IMG/VR virus record: IMGVR_UViG_3300025933_000001
Span: 1-64,000 of that record
Direction: 5' to 3' (one strand)
Source of the DNA: a virus
Length of the DNA: 64,000 bases
In this document: piece by piece, positions 35,800 through 44,520 of the stretch
Layout: the number at the start of each line of letters is the position of its first letter
Position numbering within the stretch: position 1 is the first letter of the stretch
Program-made: the position numbers and the translations under genes
The notes under the pieces: generated by a model
What the model saw: only the letters and a program-made list of their open reading frames with translations
Databases searched by the model: none
What the model was told of the DNA's origin: nothing

Positions 35800-35828
35800 A
35801 TTCTAGAGAGATAATCTTACTGTGTCAA
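35800..35828 (-). promoter_or_regulatory. repeated early promoter cassette TTGACA-cagtaagattatctctc-TAGAAT
   Basis: direct sequence repeat. Confidence 0.85.
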
Positions 35829-35831
35829 CTT

Positions 35832-35858
35832 AAAAAAGCCCTTGTGGTTAGCAAGGGC
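35832..35858 (-). terminator. rho-independent terminator
   Basis: gcccttg-ctaacca-caagggc followed by T6 on the minus strand. Confidence 0.75.
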
Positions 35859-35882
35859 AATCTCTTGGGGGTGCAAGAGAAA

Positions 35883-36347
35883 TCAAAGACCAGCTTCAAG
35901 TAGTGCTTTTGCGATAGCTACAGACAGTTTTTGCAGCTTTTCATCATCAATCTGCTTTCCTTCCTGTTGCATATCGACAGCTTCATTAAGCACATCTGCG
36001 ACTTGTTGTTCGGCTTCTACGCGGCGTTTTGCAGCTTCAGAGCGAGCATTAGCACGTCCTTTCTTTTGATCATTGTCAACGGCTAGAATGTTTGGTACTT
36101 TGCGGTATGTACGCGGCAAGCGTTGTCTAATGTATACTTCTTGGCCTGTAGCTTCAGCAAACCGTTTTGCAAGTACTTTGCTATCAGCTTCAGACAATTG
36201 AGTTGTGTTCTTGTAATAGTCGAAACCCACATACTTGGGTTTTTCATCGCCCTCCTGCCATGCTTTCATCCTACCATTGTTGAGAGTATCAGCGATGAAA
36301 ACTACAGGTTTGTTTTCGTGGTCAAGGCGGCAAAGAATTTGAGTCAT
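35883..36347 (-). CDS. monocistronic early protein of unknown function
   Basis: 154 aa, own promoter and terminator, GGAG RBS. Confidence 0.7.
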   Translation of the reverse strand: MTQILCRLDHENKPVVFIADTLNNGRMKAWQEGDEKPKYVGFDYYKNTTQLSEADSKVLAKRFAEATGQEVYIRQRLPRTYRKVPNILAVDNDQKKGRANARSEAAKRRVEAEQQVADVLNEAVDMQQEGKQIDDEKLQKLSVAIAKALLEAGL

Positions 36348-36422
36348 GTTAAAAGCTCCAGTAAGTTAGTAATAGATTGATTCGTTGCTTGCTTGTTAGA
36401 GTTGCGCTGAATCGATAACCGA

Positions 36423-36451
36423 ATAGTACATAGCGTTTTCTATTTATGCAA
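36423..36451 (-). promoter_or_regulatory. promoter TTGCAT-17-TACTAT
   Basis: near-consensus hexamers upstream of 36347. Confidence 0.55.
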
Positions 36452-36941
36452 GGGTTTTTAACTAAATAATTAACCTTTCCATAATTAGTTATATGGAAAG
36501 AGTCACTAGCAGTTAAAAATTTCTCTTGATAAATGCTGAAAACGTTCTAAGATGCTATAAGCCGATAAAAGTTTGCTCGAAGGTTTCTCTTCGCCTTTCG
36601 CAAGCATTGACGGTCTATTACATATAGAGGAGTGATTGCATAACTATTCTTTGTTGATTCTTTAGACCTGTTTTATGGCGTGTGATTGCGCCTGTTGTTT
36701 GACGTGTGTCAGAGGGATTGTTTCGCCCTTTCGTTTCATCCTGCTTATTGCTTGGAGGGTTCGCTATGCCTGTTTAATTACTTGTTACTAATGCTTGATT
36801 ACTGAAAATGGATAGTAGTTAGCTATCCATAACAATTTGCTATCTGTTTGCGCTGTTAGCGATGGGCTTTCTATTGCCTTTTCGTTAATAGTGCTAAACA
36901 TTTCGCGCCTATACCACATTTACAGGTAGAGGAGGGCAGCT

Positions 36942-37060
36942 ATTGTGTAAAAACAACATATTGTTGTATGGAACCAACGTTTTGTTTGTTTCACACGACA
37001 GTTTTGTCACGTCTATACAACATTGTTGTATAAAAACAACGGTGTTGCTATTTTACAACT
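36942..37060. repeat. tandem array of about 6 imperfect palindromes (TGTTG-Nn-CAAC), ~20-bp period
   Basis: attgtgtaaaaacaac, attgttgtatggaaccaac, attgttgtataaaaacaac, gtgttgctattttacaac and weaker copies. Confidence 0.6.
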
Positions 37061-37314
37061 TAAAATTTACAATTTTGACAACACTTTTGGCCTGTCCTCG
37101 ATCAGAAACTGGAGTTGGGCTGCGGAGGAAAACACTCTAAGAAGGACTTAAATTTTTCCCCCGAACTTTTTGAGAATTTCAGGCCAAACGAATTTGAGAT
37201 TCCAAAATGTCTGAAAGTTTTCCCTGCAGAGCCTTGATGTGTAAACATTGTACTACCATGTGTAAGGAAAATGCAACCAAAAGTGCTGTCAGGGTAAAAG
37301 ATATTTACAGTTTT

Positions 37315-37635
37315 CTACCACAAATCTTCAGTACACAGCGATCCTTTAGTCTGCAACCTTCCACTCTTCACTTGATTAGCAAGCAAGGCGATCATTGCAG
37401 CTTCTTCCCTTGTTACAAACTTGTATTCATTTGTAATGAAGCCATGCTTACCTTTGATAGGATGGGGGTAGTTGCTATCAGCTAATCTTGCCAAGATATG
37501 TTTATGTCTATTAGGAGGAGCAAGCCAATAGCACACTCCGTCATGGTCAGAAATAATAGCAGCAGCTACAATTTTAGGGACATGCGGCTCTGCTGAATTG
37601 TATACAGGGAGGAAGTCTACGTTCTTAACTATCAT
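37315..37635 (-). CDS. hypothetical phage protein
   Basis: IVAAAI...RH...HGFITN..FVTREEA...EDLW motif. Confidence 0.7.
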   Translation of the reverse strand: MIVKNVDFLPVYNSAEPHVPKIVAAAIISDHDGVCYWLAPPNRHKHILARLADSNYPHPIKGKHGFITNEYKFVTREEAAMIALLANQVKSGRLQTKGSLCTEDLW

Positions 37636-37830
37636 TTACTCTTTCAACTCTTCGATTAACGATTCCAGCATTTCTGCTGATTCATAATACTCTACCATAT
37701 CCTTTTGAGGATTGCCAATGTAACAGCATGACTCATCAGTTTCTATTCTCTTTGCGTGATATCTGCAACCTCTCGCTGCTGTTTTAAGACATTCGATCAA
37801 TTCTTCATTAACTTCTATGATGACTTTCAT
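37636..37830 (-). CDS. hypothetical protein
   Basis: GAGGAGG RBS, coupled. Confidence 0.6.
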   Translation of the reverse strand: MKVIIEVNEELIECLKTAARGCRYHAKRIETDESCCYIGNPQKDMVEYYESAEMLESLIEELKE

Positions 37831-38216
37831 ACATCCTCCTCGGTGATTGTCCAGCGTTTGACTTGAAGGTCTTCATGAGATGTGTAGCACAATCGCGTTA
37901 CCGCCTCTTCCTCAGTCAAGAAAACTTCTGCTGTATTCCTAAGACCATTATAGCCGTCAAGATATTGCCCTGTCGTGCTACATTTAAGTACAAACACCTC
38001 TTTAGTGGTTTTGATAGAAGCTGTCTCTCCTACAAGTTCGCAGGCTTCTGGTGGGACAAAGAAAGTGTCAAAACCTTCGTATATAGCATTGCCATGGTCA
38101 CTAATTTTACCAACAACAAACTCAAGACCAACTAACCCACGTACATACAGGGTGTGATCCAGAGAGTGTTTGCTTCTTACAATCCTCACCCTCTGCCCAA
38201 TTTCAAACTTATCCAT
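37827..38216 (-). CDS. hypothetical protein with N-terminal KOW/SH3-like module
   Basis: KFEIGQRVRIV. Confidence 0.6.
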   Translation of the reverse strand: MDKFEIGQRVRIVRSKHSLDHTLYVRGLVGLEFVVGKISDHGNAIYEGFDTFFVPPEACELVGETASIKTTKEVFVLKCSTTGQYLDGYNGLRNTAEVFLTEEEAVTRLCYTSHEDLQVKRWTITEEDV

Positions 38217-38330
38217 ATCATCTCTTCTATATCGTACAAATCCATCAATCAAATCTGGCAATCTTGGTTCAAATCCTCGAAATGCCTATCCAAATCCCGG
38301 AAACACTTGCGGAAATTCCGTAAACTTAAA

Positions 38331-38720
38331 TCATAAACCGAAAAACTCTTTTATGTCATAGGAACAACAGCTAATACTCTTACTACGAATGAAAAGAGCT
38401 TGTGTGTATCCTTTAATAACATCCTCTTCGTCTATTTCAAAGACAGAAATAACAAACCCTTTAGCATGTAAATTCATTAGCCAATCGTTATTGTATATCC
38501 AGTTTCTAAGCTGACCTAAAGAAGAGAAGCCAAATATGTATTCTTTCTGTTCTAACAACGTCATCAAACTCCACTGGGTATTAATCAAGCTGTCCCTATA
38601 CGGTGGAGGATGTTTACCCTCATCGATAGGGACGGGGTAATCATCATCAGTGTACGCAGTAATCTTTTTACTCCAATACATACCTACACCTTCTTCATCC
38701 TCGATTCTGTAAACAAACAC
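38331..38720 (-). CDS. hypothetical phage protein
   Basis: VYRIE...GMY...HPPP..D...FGFSSLGQLRNW; AAGGAG RBS. Confidence 0.7.
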   Translation of the reverse strand: MFVYRIEDEEGVGMYWSKKITAYTDDDYPVPIDEGKHPPPYRDSLINTQWSLMTLLEQKEYIFGFSSLGQLRNWIYNNDWLMNLHAKGFVISVFEIDEEDVIKGYTQALFIRSKSISCCSYDIKEFFGL

Positions 38721-38751
38721 ATCACTCTCCTTGTCAGCATTAGATGTAAGA

Positions 38752-38780
38752 ATCTTACTTACCTACTTTATCAGTGTCAA
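38752..38780 (-). promoter_or_regulatory. promoter TTGACA-17-TAAGAT
   Basis: hexamers; GTAGGTAAGTAAG in the spacer. Confidence 0.7.
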
Positions 38781-38803
38781 TACGTGTTTTATTTTAAATG
38801 CGC

Positions 38804-38833
38804 TTGACAATAGATAAGAACGTTACGTACAAT
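38804..38833 (+). promoter_or_regulatory. divergent promoter TTGACA-18-TACAAT
   Basis: hexamers at the strand switch. Confidence 0.7.
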
Positions 38834-38863
38834 GTGTTCATTGTCAAACAAAGGAGAGACGAG

Positions 38864-39067
38864 ATGACTACACTTTACGCAGAATTGGGAGAAACGGTTT
38901 ATAGATTTCTGGAACGTTGTATCCAATATTGCAACGAAGCTTCAGCTAGTTCTGTAAAAGCTGTACATAACGGTGTTACAATATACGTGTACAAAGATGG
39001 TAGTATTTCTGATCTGTGCGATAAGTGGAGTTTGCAGAGACAAATGAAAAGGATTGATAGTTACTAG
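38864..39067 (+). CDS. hypothetical protein
   Basis: AAGGAG RBS before MTTLY. Confidence 0.6.
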   Translation: MTTLYAELGETVYRFLERCIQYCNEASASSVKAVHNGVTIYVYKDGSISDLCDKWSLQRQMKRIDSY

Positions 39068-39077
39068 GGGAAGATAA

Positions 39078-39320
39078 ATGGAGTTCGACGATTGCAGCGT
39101 GTCACCAACTGGCAAACATAGTGAATCTTGGTTTGTTAACGATAACTGCCAGTATTGCAAAACAGGATTACGAACAGATGACAAATTCGTAACTTTGCCG
39201 ATATTATTAACTCCAGAAATGGAGTCAGTTATCGAAAACAGGAATAGCGTTTATCAATCAGCACAAGAGCTTTTTGACGCACTTGTAGCCGCCGCCCGCG
39301 CCGCACAGGAGAAAGCATGA
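39078..39320 (+). CDS. hypothetical protein with Cys/His motif
   Basis: CSVSPTGKH...CQYC. Confidence 0.55.
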   Translation: MEFDDCSVSPTGKHSESWFVNDNCQYCKTGLRTDDKFVTLPILLTPEMESVIENRNSVYQSAQELFDALVAAARAAQEKA

Positions 39321-39514
39321 AAAAGTACGTGGTAACAATCACCGTAGATGCGTCTGTTTGGGTTGAGGTCGAAGCCGACAGCGAAGAGCAAGCGAAGGAA
39401 TTGGGAATGCAAAAGGCCGTGAATCCTTGTCTGTGCCATCAGTGCTCCAGCGAGGTATTTGTGGGCGACTTGATCGAAGCCGTCGAAGCATCGGAGATCA
39501 GCCATGACCACTAA
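39317..39514 (+). CDS. hypothetical protein
   Basis: VEVEADSEEQAKE motif, CHQC. Confidence 0.6.
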   Translation: MKKYVVTITVDASVWVEVEADSEEQAKELGMQKAVNPCLCHQCSSEVFVGDLIEAVEASEISHDH

Positions 39515-39800
39515 CCAAGACGCGCTTCGCATGGCGCTGGAAGAAATAAAAGACCTGTTACTGCTGGCGAAAATTCAAGGATCACGCAAGGACTGTAATG
39601 GGTTGATAGAGCGTGCCGAACTGCTTGTCAATGCTGCTCTCTTAGTGCATCCGGCGAGTAAAGAGAATATAAGAGAGCAGATTGTATCTAAACTTGAGTA
39701 TGCTATAGATTGTATTAAAGGCGATGAGTATCGTGCCCTTGATCCTATCCACGATGTTATTGACATAGTGAACAACCTGTTTGTAGAAAGTGACAAATGA
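39504..39800 (+). CDS. hypothetical protein
   Basis: coupled ORF. Confidence 0.55.
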   Translation: MTTNQDALRMALEEIKDLLLLAKIQGSRKDCNGLIERAELLVNAALLVHPASKENIREQIVSKLEYAIDCIKGDEYRALDPIHDVIDIVNNLFVESDK

Positions 39801-40291
39801 CCCTAGCCTATGACGCTATGATGTTTGCAAGACAAGTGCACAAAGACCAGAAGAGGAAATATACGAATAATCCTTACAGCGATCATCTTGCAGAAGTTGC
39901 AGGCATTGTATCCACTGTTCTTTCTTCCGAGAAAGCAATTGCTGTAGCTTGGCTACATGATTGTATGGAAGATCAAGGTGTATCATTTGATGATCTTTTC
40001 AGAATGTTCGGTATTGATGTTGCTAGAGGTGTGTTGGGGTTATCCGATATGGAGGAAGGTAATCGAGCACAACGCAAAGCAGCTTCAAGGGAACGTCTTG
40101 CCAAATCTGACAAATGGATTCAGACAATCAAGTGTGCCGATTTGATTAGTAACACTTCCAGTATTGTGCAGCATGACCCTAAATTTGCTAAAGTCTATCT
40201 GGAAGAGAAGGTATTGTTGCTAGATGTTTTGACAAAAGCAGATCAACGTCTTAGAAATATTGCTTACAGCCAAGTTTTACAATCTTTGTGA
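39797..40291 (+). CDS. HD-domain hydrolase, small alarmone hydrolase (SpoT/Mesh1)-like
   Basis: HKDQKRKYT..PY..H, WLHDCMED, IKCADLISN. Confidence 0.85.
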   Translation: MTLAYDAMMFARQVHKDQKRKYTNNPYSDHLAEVAGIVSTVLSSEKAIAVAWLHDCMEDQGVSFDDLFRMFGIDVARGVLGLSDMEEGNRAQRKAASRERLAKSDKWIQTIKCADLISNTSSIVQHDPKFAKVYLEEKVLLLDVLTKADQRLRNIAYSQVLQSL

Positions 40292-40344
40292 CAGTTGTCA
40301 CAACGCTTGCAACAGTTGCACTATACAAATAGTAGTTGTATAAT
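40287..40344 (+). promoter_or_regulatory. palindrome TGTGACAGTTGTCACA and promoter TTGCAC-17-TATAAT
   Basis: seen upstream of the 699-aa gene. Confidence 0.65.
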
Positions 40345-40437
40345 TAACACTGTTAGTTAACTTTGTGGAGGTAGGTATGTAACAATCTTAAGTGTATTAA
40401 ATGTAGTAAAAATCTATTAACAACTTAAATAAAGAAA

Positions 40438-42537
40438 ATGACTGTACGAAAAACAATTAATAAAGCAGCTTCTGCAGCAATTGCTGCATTTATTCTTGCT
40501 GGATGTATGCAAATTCCAGCACAAGCAGCCAACTGTGATGATCCTGCAATCACCACTGTTAAAGCGGAAAACCTCACAGGAGCAGCACAAGTAAACCAGC
40601 CTATTACTTTCGGGCATGTATTTGCCAAGGGCGATATTCCAGCCAACCACTTAGTAGAAGCAAAGCTTGCAGACAACAGTGTTATTCCTCTTCAAAATGA
40701 TGTGAAAACACGTTACGAAGATGGTAGTATTAAACACGTTATCTTGTCAGGCGTGATTCCGAGTATTGCTGCCGGTGAAGTTAAGACTCTTAGCCTCGGT
40801 ATGTACAATGTCACTGAGCCTACGTCCACCTCTAAAGTAGCTAGTTTCTCTGCAAAACATGCCCCTAAAGTTGTTATCACTTTGAATGGTGTGCAATACA
40901 CTGCAGACCCTGCAGCGAAGCTCCAGTCTGGCAGCTACAAGCAATGGCTGAGCGGTAGTATTGTCAACGAGTACCTTGTCAATGTACCTCTTACAGATGC
41001 TAATGGTGTAGCACACCCTCATCTGAATGTTCGTTATGCAATTCGAGCCAATAGCACTGTAGATGCAGGTCGTTTTGACATCACTGTCGAGAATAACTGG
41101 GCTTATGAACCTAATCCTTCCAACCTAACATACGATGTAGCAGTTTATTTAGATGGTCAGAAGGCTTATGAAAAACTTGGTGTGACGCACTACCACCATT
41201 CACGTTGGCATAAGGTGTTTAGCGTAGGTTTGGCAGATAAAGCAAACATCAAGTTTGACCTGCCGTACATGATTAAGACAGGCGCTATTCCTAACTATGA
41301 TCGTAGTGTTGTTATTACACAAGCTAATATCGATAGTTGGAAGAGCCAATATGCAAAGGCAAACGTAGATATCATGGGGCTTGGTTTGGTTTTCCCATAT
41401 ATGCCTAACGTTGGTGGTCGCCCTGACATTGGAATCCTGCCCGGATGGACAGCAACCTACCTGCTAACTCAAGATAAAGACATGAAGGGTATGGTGTTGA
41501 ACTCTGGAGATGAAGCTGGCAGTTTTTCTATGCATTATCGTGACAAGAATACGGATCGCCCGTTGCGCCTCATTGATTGGCCATGGGCCGGATGGGGTGG
41601 TAACCTTGGAGATTCCAAGAATCCAGCCACAGGTAAGTACGAGCGATTTACAGATTGTGTGAATAGCTGTTCTTCACCTTATACGTTTGAAACTGCTCAC
41701 GTACCGTCTCTATCCTTTGTTCCTTACATGATTACTGGAGACTATTACTATCTCGAAGAGATGGAATTCTACATGATGGCTTCTGCATATCATATGAATC
41801 CTTGGTATCGAGGTACACCTCCGAGTGATGGATTGTTTGTTAATAATCAAATCAGACAGCAAGCTTGGGAACTGCGCGGATATGCTGAAGGTGCTTTCCT
41901 GATCCCGGATAATGACACTCTTAAGAGTGAAGCTACTCGTATCCTTTCCAAGAATTTGGAATGGTATAACGCACAATACGCTAACAACCCTGCTGCTAAC
42001 AAGCTTAGTATTTTCGTTCATAGCTATGCGTTTAACGAAGAAGATAAGCGTATGTATAAAGATTGGCAAGGAGATTTCTTTACAGCAGCCATCGGACGTG
42101 CTGTCGAGCTTGGATTCACAGACGCAGTGCCGATGCTGAAATGGAAAGCTAAAGGGCCGGTTGATCGTATGATTGCTCCCGGCTTCTGCTGGATCACTGC
42201 AACTCCTTACTACTTCCAAGTAAGGGATGGTGTAACAAGCGACTATCCAATTTATGACTCATGGGCTAAGGTGTATCAACAATCTCAACCTGATAATGTT
42301 CGTGCAACAACTTGTGGTAGTGCTGAGATGGCTGTTGCTCTTGGTATGCCAAAAGCAGGTATGATGATTGGTAACGATGCTACTAACAGTGGATACCCTG
42401 CAAATATGCAAGCTGCTCTTGCATATGCTGTTAATTCAGGTATTCCGGGAGCTACAGATGCTTGGAACAAGTTCATTTCACGTCCTGTGACAATGCCTTG
42501 GTCTTCAGGCCCACAATTCGCTATTGTTCCTCGCTAA
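40438..42537 (+). CDS. large lipoprotein with a beta-rich N-terminus and a predicted alpha/alpha toroid (polysaccharide lyase/hydrolase-like)
   Basis: basic N-terminus, hydrophobic core and LAGC lipobox; PITFGHVFAKGD, DGSIKH, GGRPDIG, YMITGDYYYLEE motifs. Confidence 0.65.
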   Translation: MTVRKTINKAASAAIAAFILAGCMQIPAQAANCDDPAITTVKAENLTGAAQVNQPITFGHVFAKGDIPANHLVEAKLADNSVIPLQNDVKTRYEDGSIKHVILSGVIPSIAAGEVKTLSLGMYNVTEPTSTSKVASFSAKHAPKVVITLNGVQYTADPAAKLQSGSYKQWLSGSIVNEYLVNVPLTDANGVAHPHLNVRYAIRANSTVDAGRFDITVENNWAYEPNPSNLTYDVAVYLDGQKAYEKLGVTHYHHSRWHKVFSVGLADKANIKFDLPYMIKTGAIPNYDRSVVITQANIDSWKSQYAKANVDIMGLGLVFPYMPNVGGRPDIGILPGWTATYLLTQDKDMKGMVLNSGDEAGSFSMHYRDKNTDRPLRLIDWPWAGWGGNLGDSKNPATGKYERFTDCVNSCSSPYTFETAHVPSLSFVPYMITGDYYYLEEMEFYMMASAYHMNPWYRGTPPSDGLFVNNQIRQQAWELRGYAEGAFLIPDNDTLKSEATRILSKNLEWYNAQYANNPAANKLSIFVHSYAFNEEDKRMYKDWQGDFFTAAIGRAVELGFTDAVPMLKWKAKGPVDRMIAPGFCWITATPYYFQVRDGVTSDYPIYDSWAKVYQQSQPDNVRATTCGSAEMAVALGMPKAGMMIGNDATNSGYPANMQAALAYAVNSGIPGATDAWNKFISRPVTMPWSSGPQFAIVPR

Positions 42538-42552
42538 TATGAGGTAATATAG

Positions 42553-42590
42553 AGCCACTACATTCTTACGGGTGTAGTGGCTTTTTGTTT
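42553..42590 (+). terminator. rho-independent terminator
   Basis: agccactacattc-ttac-gggtgtagtggct followed by Ts. Confidence 0.8.
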
Positions 42591-42670
42591 ATGTAGAGAA
42601 GAAATAGTTCTTGACGTAGTAGGTAGAAACTGTAATACTTAACGTAACAATTTTACTTAAAGGAGAAATC

Positions 42671-43018
42671 ATGACATTAGCTTTATTGGTATATCTGGCA
42701 GGTGTATTACATGGTGTACAGTTTGTTTTTGTTCTCTGTGGAATTGCTCTTGCTGTTATTTCACTCATGGGTGTATTTGACAACTGTAAGAAGAGTGCTG
42801 TCAAGTACGGTACTGCAGCAGCTATTGTATTTTTAATAGCAGCTCTCATCCCTTCGGAGAAGACAATGTATGTTATGGCTGGAGCATACGCGACACAACA
42901 GATTGCAGAAAATCCCAACGTACAACGTATTGGTGGTAAGATCGTTACAGTGATCGATAAGAAGCTTGATGAGATTATTGATGAGGGTGTTAGCAAGGTT
43001 AAGGAGAGTACGAGATGA
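42671..43018 (+). CDS. membrane protein
   Basis: hydrophobic segments; IPSEKTMYVMAGA motif. Confidence 0.7.
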   Translation: MTLALLVYLAGVLHGVQFVFVLCGIALAVISLMGVFDNCKKSAVKYGTAAAIVFLIAALIPSEKTMYVMAGAYATQQIAENPNVQRIGGKIVTVIDKKLDEIIDEGVSKVKESTR

Positions 43019-43203
43019 TTGTAGCTCTCTTATGGACACTCCTTACAGTGAACGCTTCTTCTACATCTAACATCAATATTGTGGGACATTACGTTCAAGA
43101 GGCTGAGTGTAAGAAAATTCGCAATGTTGTTCTTAACATGAACTCATCTTTAAAAGCAGAGTGTGTATTAGCTGAAACAGTGGTTGTTAAATAGGAGATT
43201 GAA

Positions 43204-43395
43204 ATGACTCTCAAAGAAGCCCTACGTAAAGCTGACGAAGCCGAGAAGGAAATGTATTGTGGACAATGGCCTCAAGCTGTAATAACATTAGCTAAAGAAG
43301 TAAAGAAGATACAGAGGAAATTGAATAAGCAGGATGTTCTTTTATATGTATGCAGCCAGTGTGGCCTGACAATTAAGGAGAAGAGTGATGAGTAA
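43204..43395 (+). CDS. hypothetical protein
   Basis: AGGAG RBS, CSQC. Confidence 0.55.
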   Translation: MTLKEALRKADEAEKEMYCGQWPQAVITLAKEVKKIQRKLNKQDVLLYVCSQCGLTIKEKSDE

Positions 43396-43768
43396 ATTCA
43401 AAGTTAGTGATTGGGTTATTTGCATGAATAACGGTTTTTGCGATTTAATGGACAGGCAATTGTATGAAGTTGAAGACGTTGATATTGATGGGTATGTGAA
43501 GCTTATTGGGACAGGTAGCTACTATTTCCCAGAAAGATTTGAGTTATATTCTACTAAGATTCAACCTCCAAGTAGGCCAGCACCACCTATGCCACAAGTG
43601 AATCCACCTAAAGCAGAAGAGATTGAGATACCAATTCGTAAGACACCTGAGAAACAACTTCTAGAGATTAAGTACGCAGGCATGACTGTTACGCTTGATC
43701 CTGCTAAGCTAGAATCTAAAAAGTTTGCTACTAATATTATTGACGCTATTTACGAACAGGGCGAGTAG
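43388..43768 (+). CDS. hypothetical protein with KOW/SH3-like module
   Basis: KFKVSDWVIC...ERFEL. Confidence 0.6.
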   Translation: MSKFKVSDWVICMNNGFCDLMDRQLYEVEDVDIDGYVKLIGTGSYYFPERFELYSTKIQPPSRPAPPMPQVNPPKAEEIEIPIRKTPEKQLLEIKYAGMTVTLDPAKLESKKFATNIIDAIYEQGE

Positions 43769-43769
43769 T

Positions 43770-44003
43770 ATGAAAATAACTTCCTTTAGGAACGGACTAA
43801 CAGTACGTGAGCTAAAAGAGCTTATCAAGGATTGGCCTGAAGAAGATGTATATGGCAACCCTTGTGAGGTGTGGATGGCAACAGGTAAGGGTCTTTCTTG
43901 CATGGTTGTTGAAGTGACACCATTGAATTATAGAAAGATAGATGGTTTTGTATGGTCGGACATATTGTTTTGTGTAGACGATAGTATTTGGGAGAGTAAA
44001 TAA
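43770..44003 (+). CDS. hypothetical protein
   Basis: GLTVRELKELIKDWPE. Confidence 0.6.
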   Translation: MKITSFRNGLTVRELKELIKDWPEEDVYGNPCEVWMATGKGLSCMVVEVTPLNYRKIDGFVWSDILFCVDDSIWESK

Positions 44004-44185
44004 TGTACGTGTTTCAATTGTGTGATCAATTAAAAGAATCGTTTGAATTGGTACAAGAAGCTTTGTCCAGAATGCAGGAAAGAGGGGAGATTACAGGGTT
44101 TGTTCCTAATGATGAATATGCTTTCGTAGAGCTTACAGGGAAAACTAGGGCTGTTATGATTTTGAATGGAGATGGACATGATTGA
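44003..44185 (+). CDS. hypothetical protein
   Basis: coupled ORF. Confidence 0.5.
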   Translation: MYVFQLCDQLKESFELVQEALSRMQERGEITGFVPNDEYAFVELTGKTRAVMILNGDGHD

Positions 44186-44378
44186 ACAGAAAACTGTCAC
44201 CATTTCAGTAGACGAATATCGTGAATTGTTAGAAGATCGGGAAAAGTTAATTATTCTTTATATAATCGGAGCAGATTATTGGAATAAATATAATCTTGCA
44301 ATGGACGGACTTGATAAACATATGGAGCAGATTTGCGGAGAGGGCGATGGATCAGCAAAAGACAATCACTATCACTGA
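44178..44378 (+). CDS. small protein, paralog of 44347..44520
   Basis: QKTVTISVDEY..L.ED...GADYW. Confidence 0.55.
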   Translation: MIEQKTVTISVDEYRELLEDREKLIILYIIGADYWNKYNLAMDGLDKHMEQICGEGDGSAKDNHYH

Positions 44379-44520
44379 AGATGAGTATTACGATCTAATG
44401 CAAGATTGGGTAATTCTTAATGCTCTACGTAATGCTGGAGTGGATAATTGGGAACATTACGATACAGCTATGGAAAATGCTTGTAAGGAGTTGGAAAGGA
44501 TTGAAGATGACAACGTTTAA
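44347..44520 (+). CDS. small acidic protein with GVDNW motif (putative RecBCD-inhibitor-annotated family)
   Basis: LNALRNAGVDNWEHYDTA. Confidence 0.5.
   Translation: MDQQKTITITEDEYYDLMQDWVILNALRNAGVDNWEHYDTAMENACKELERIEDDNV

Noticed and set aside
36942-37140. CRISPR array or the 65-aa ORF over the palindrome array
   Set aside because: The repeats are degenerate and contiguous with no unique spacers, and no cas genes are present; the ORF has no RBS
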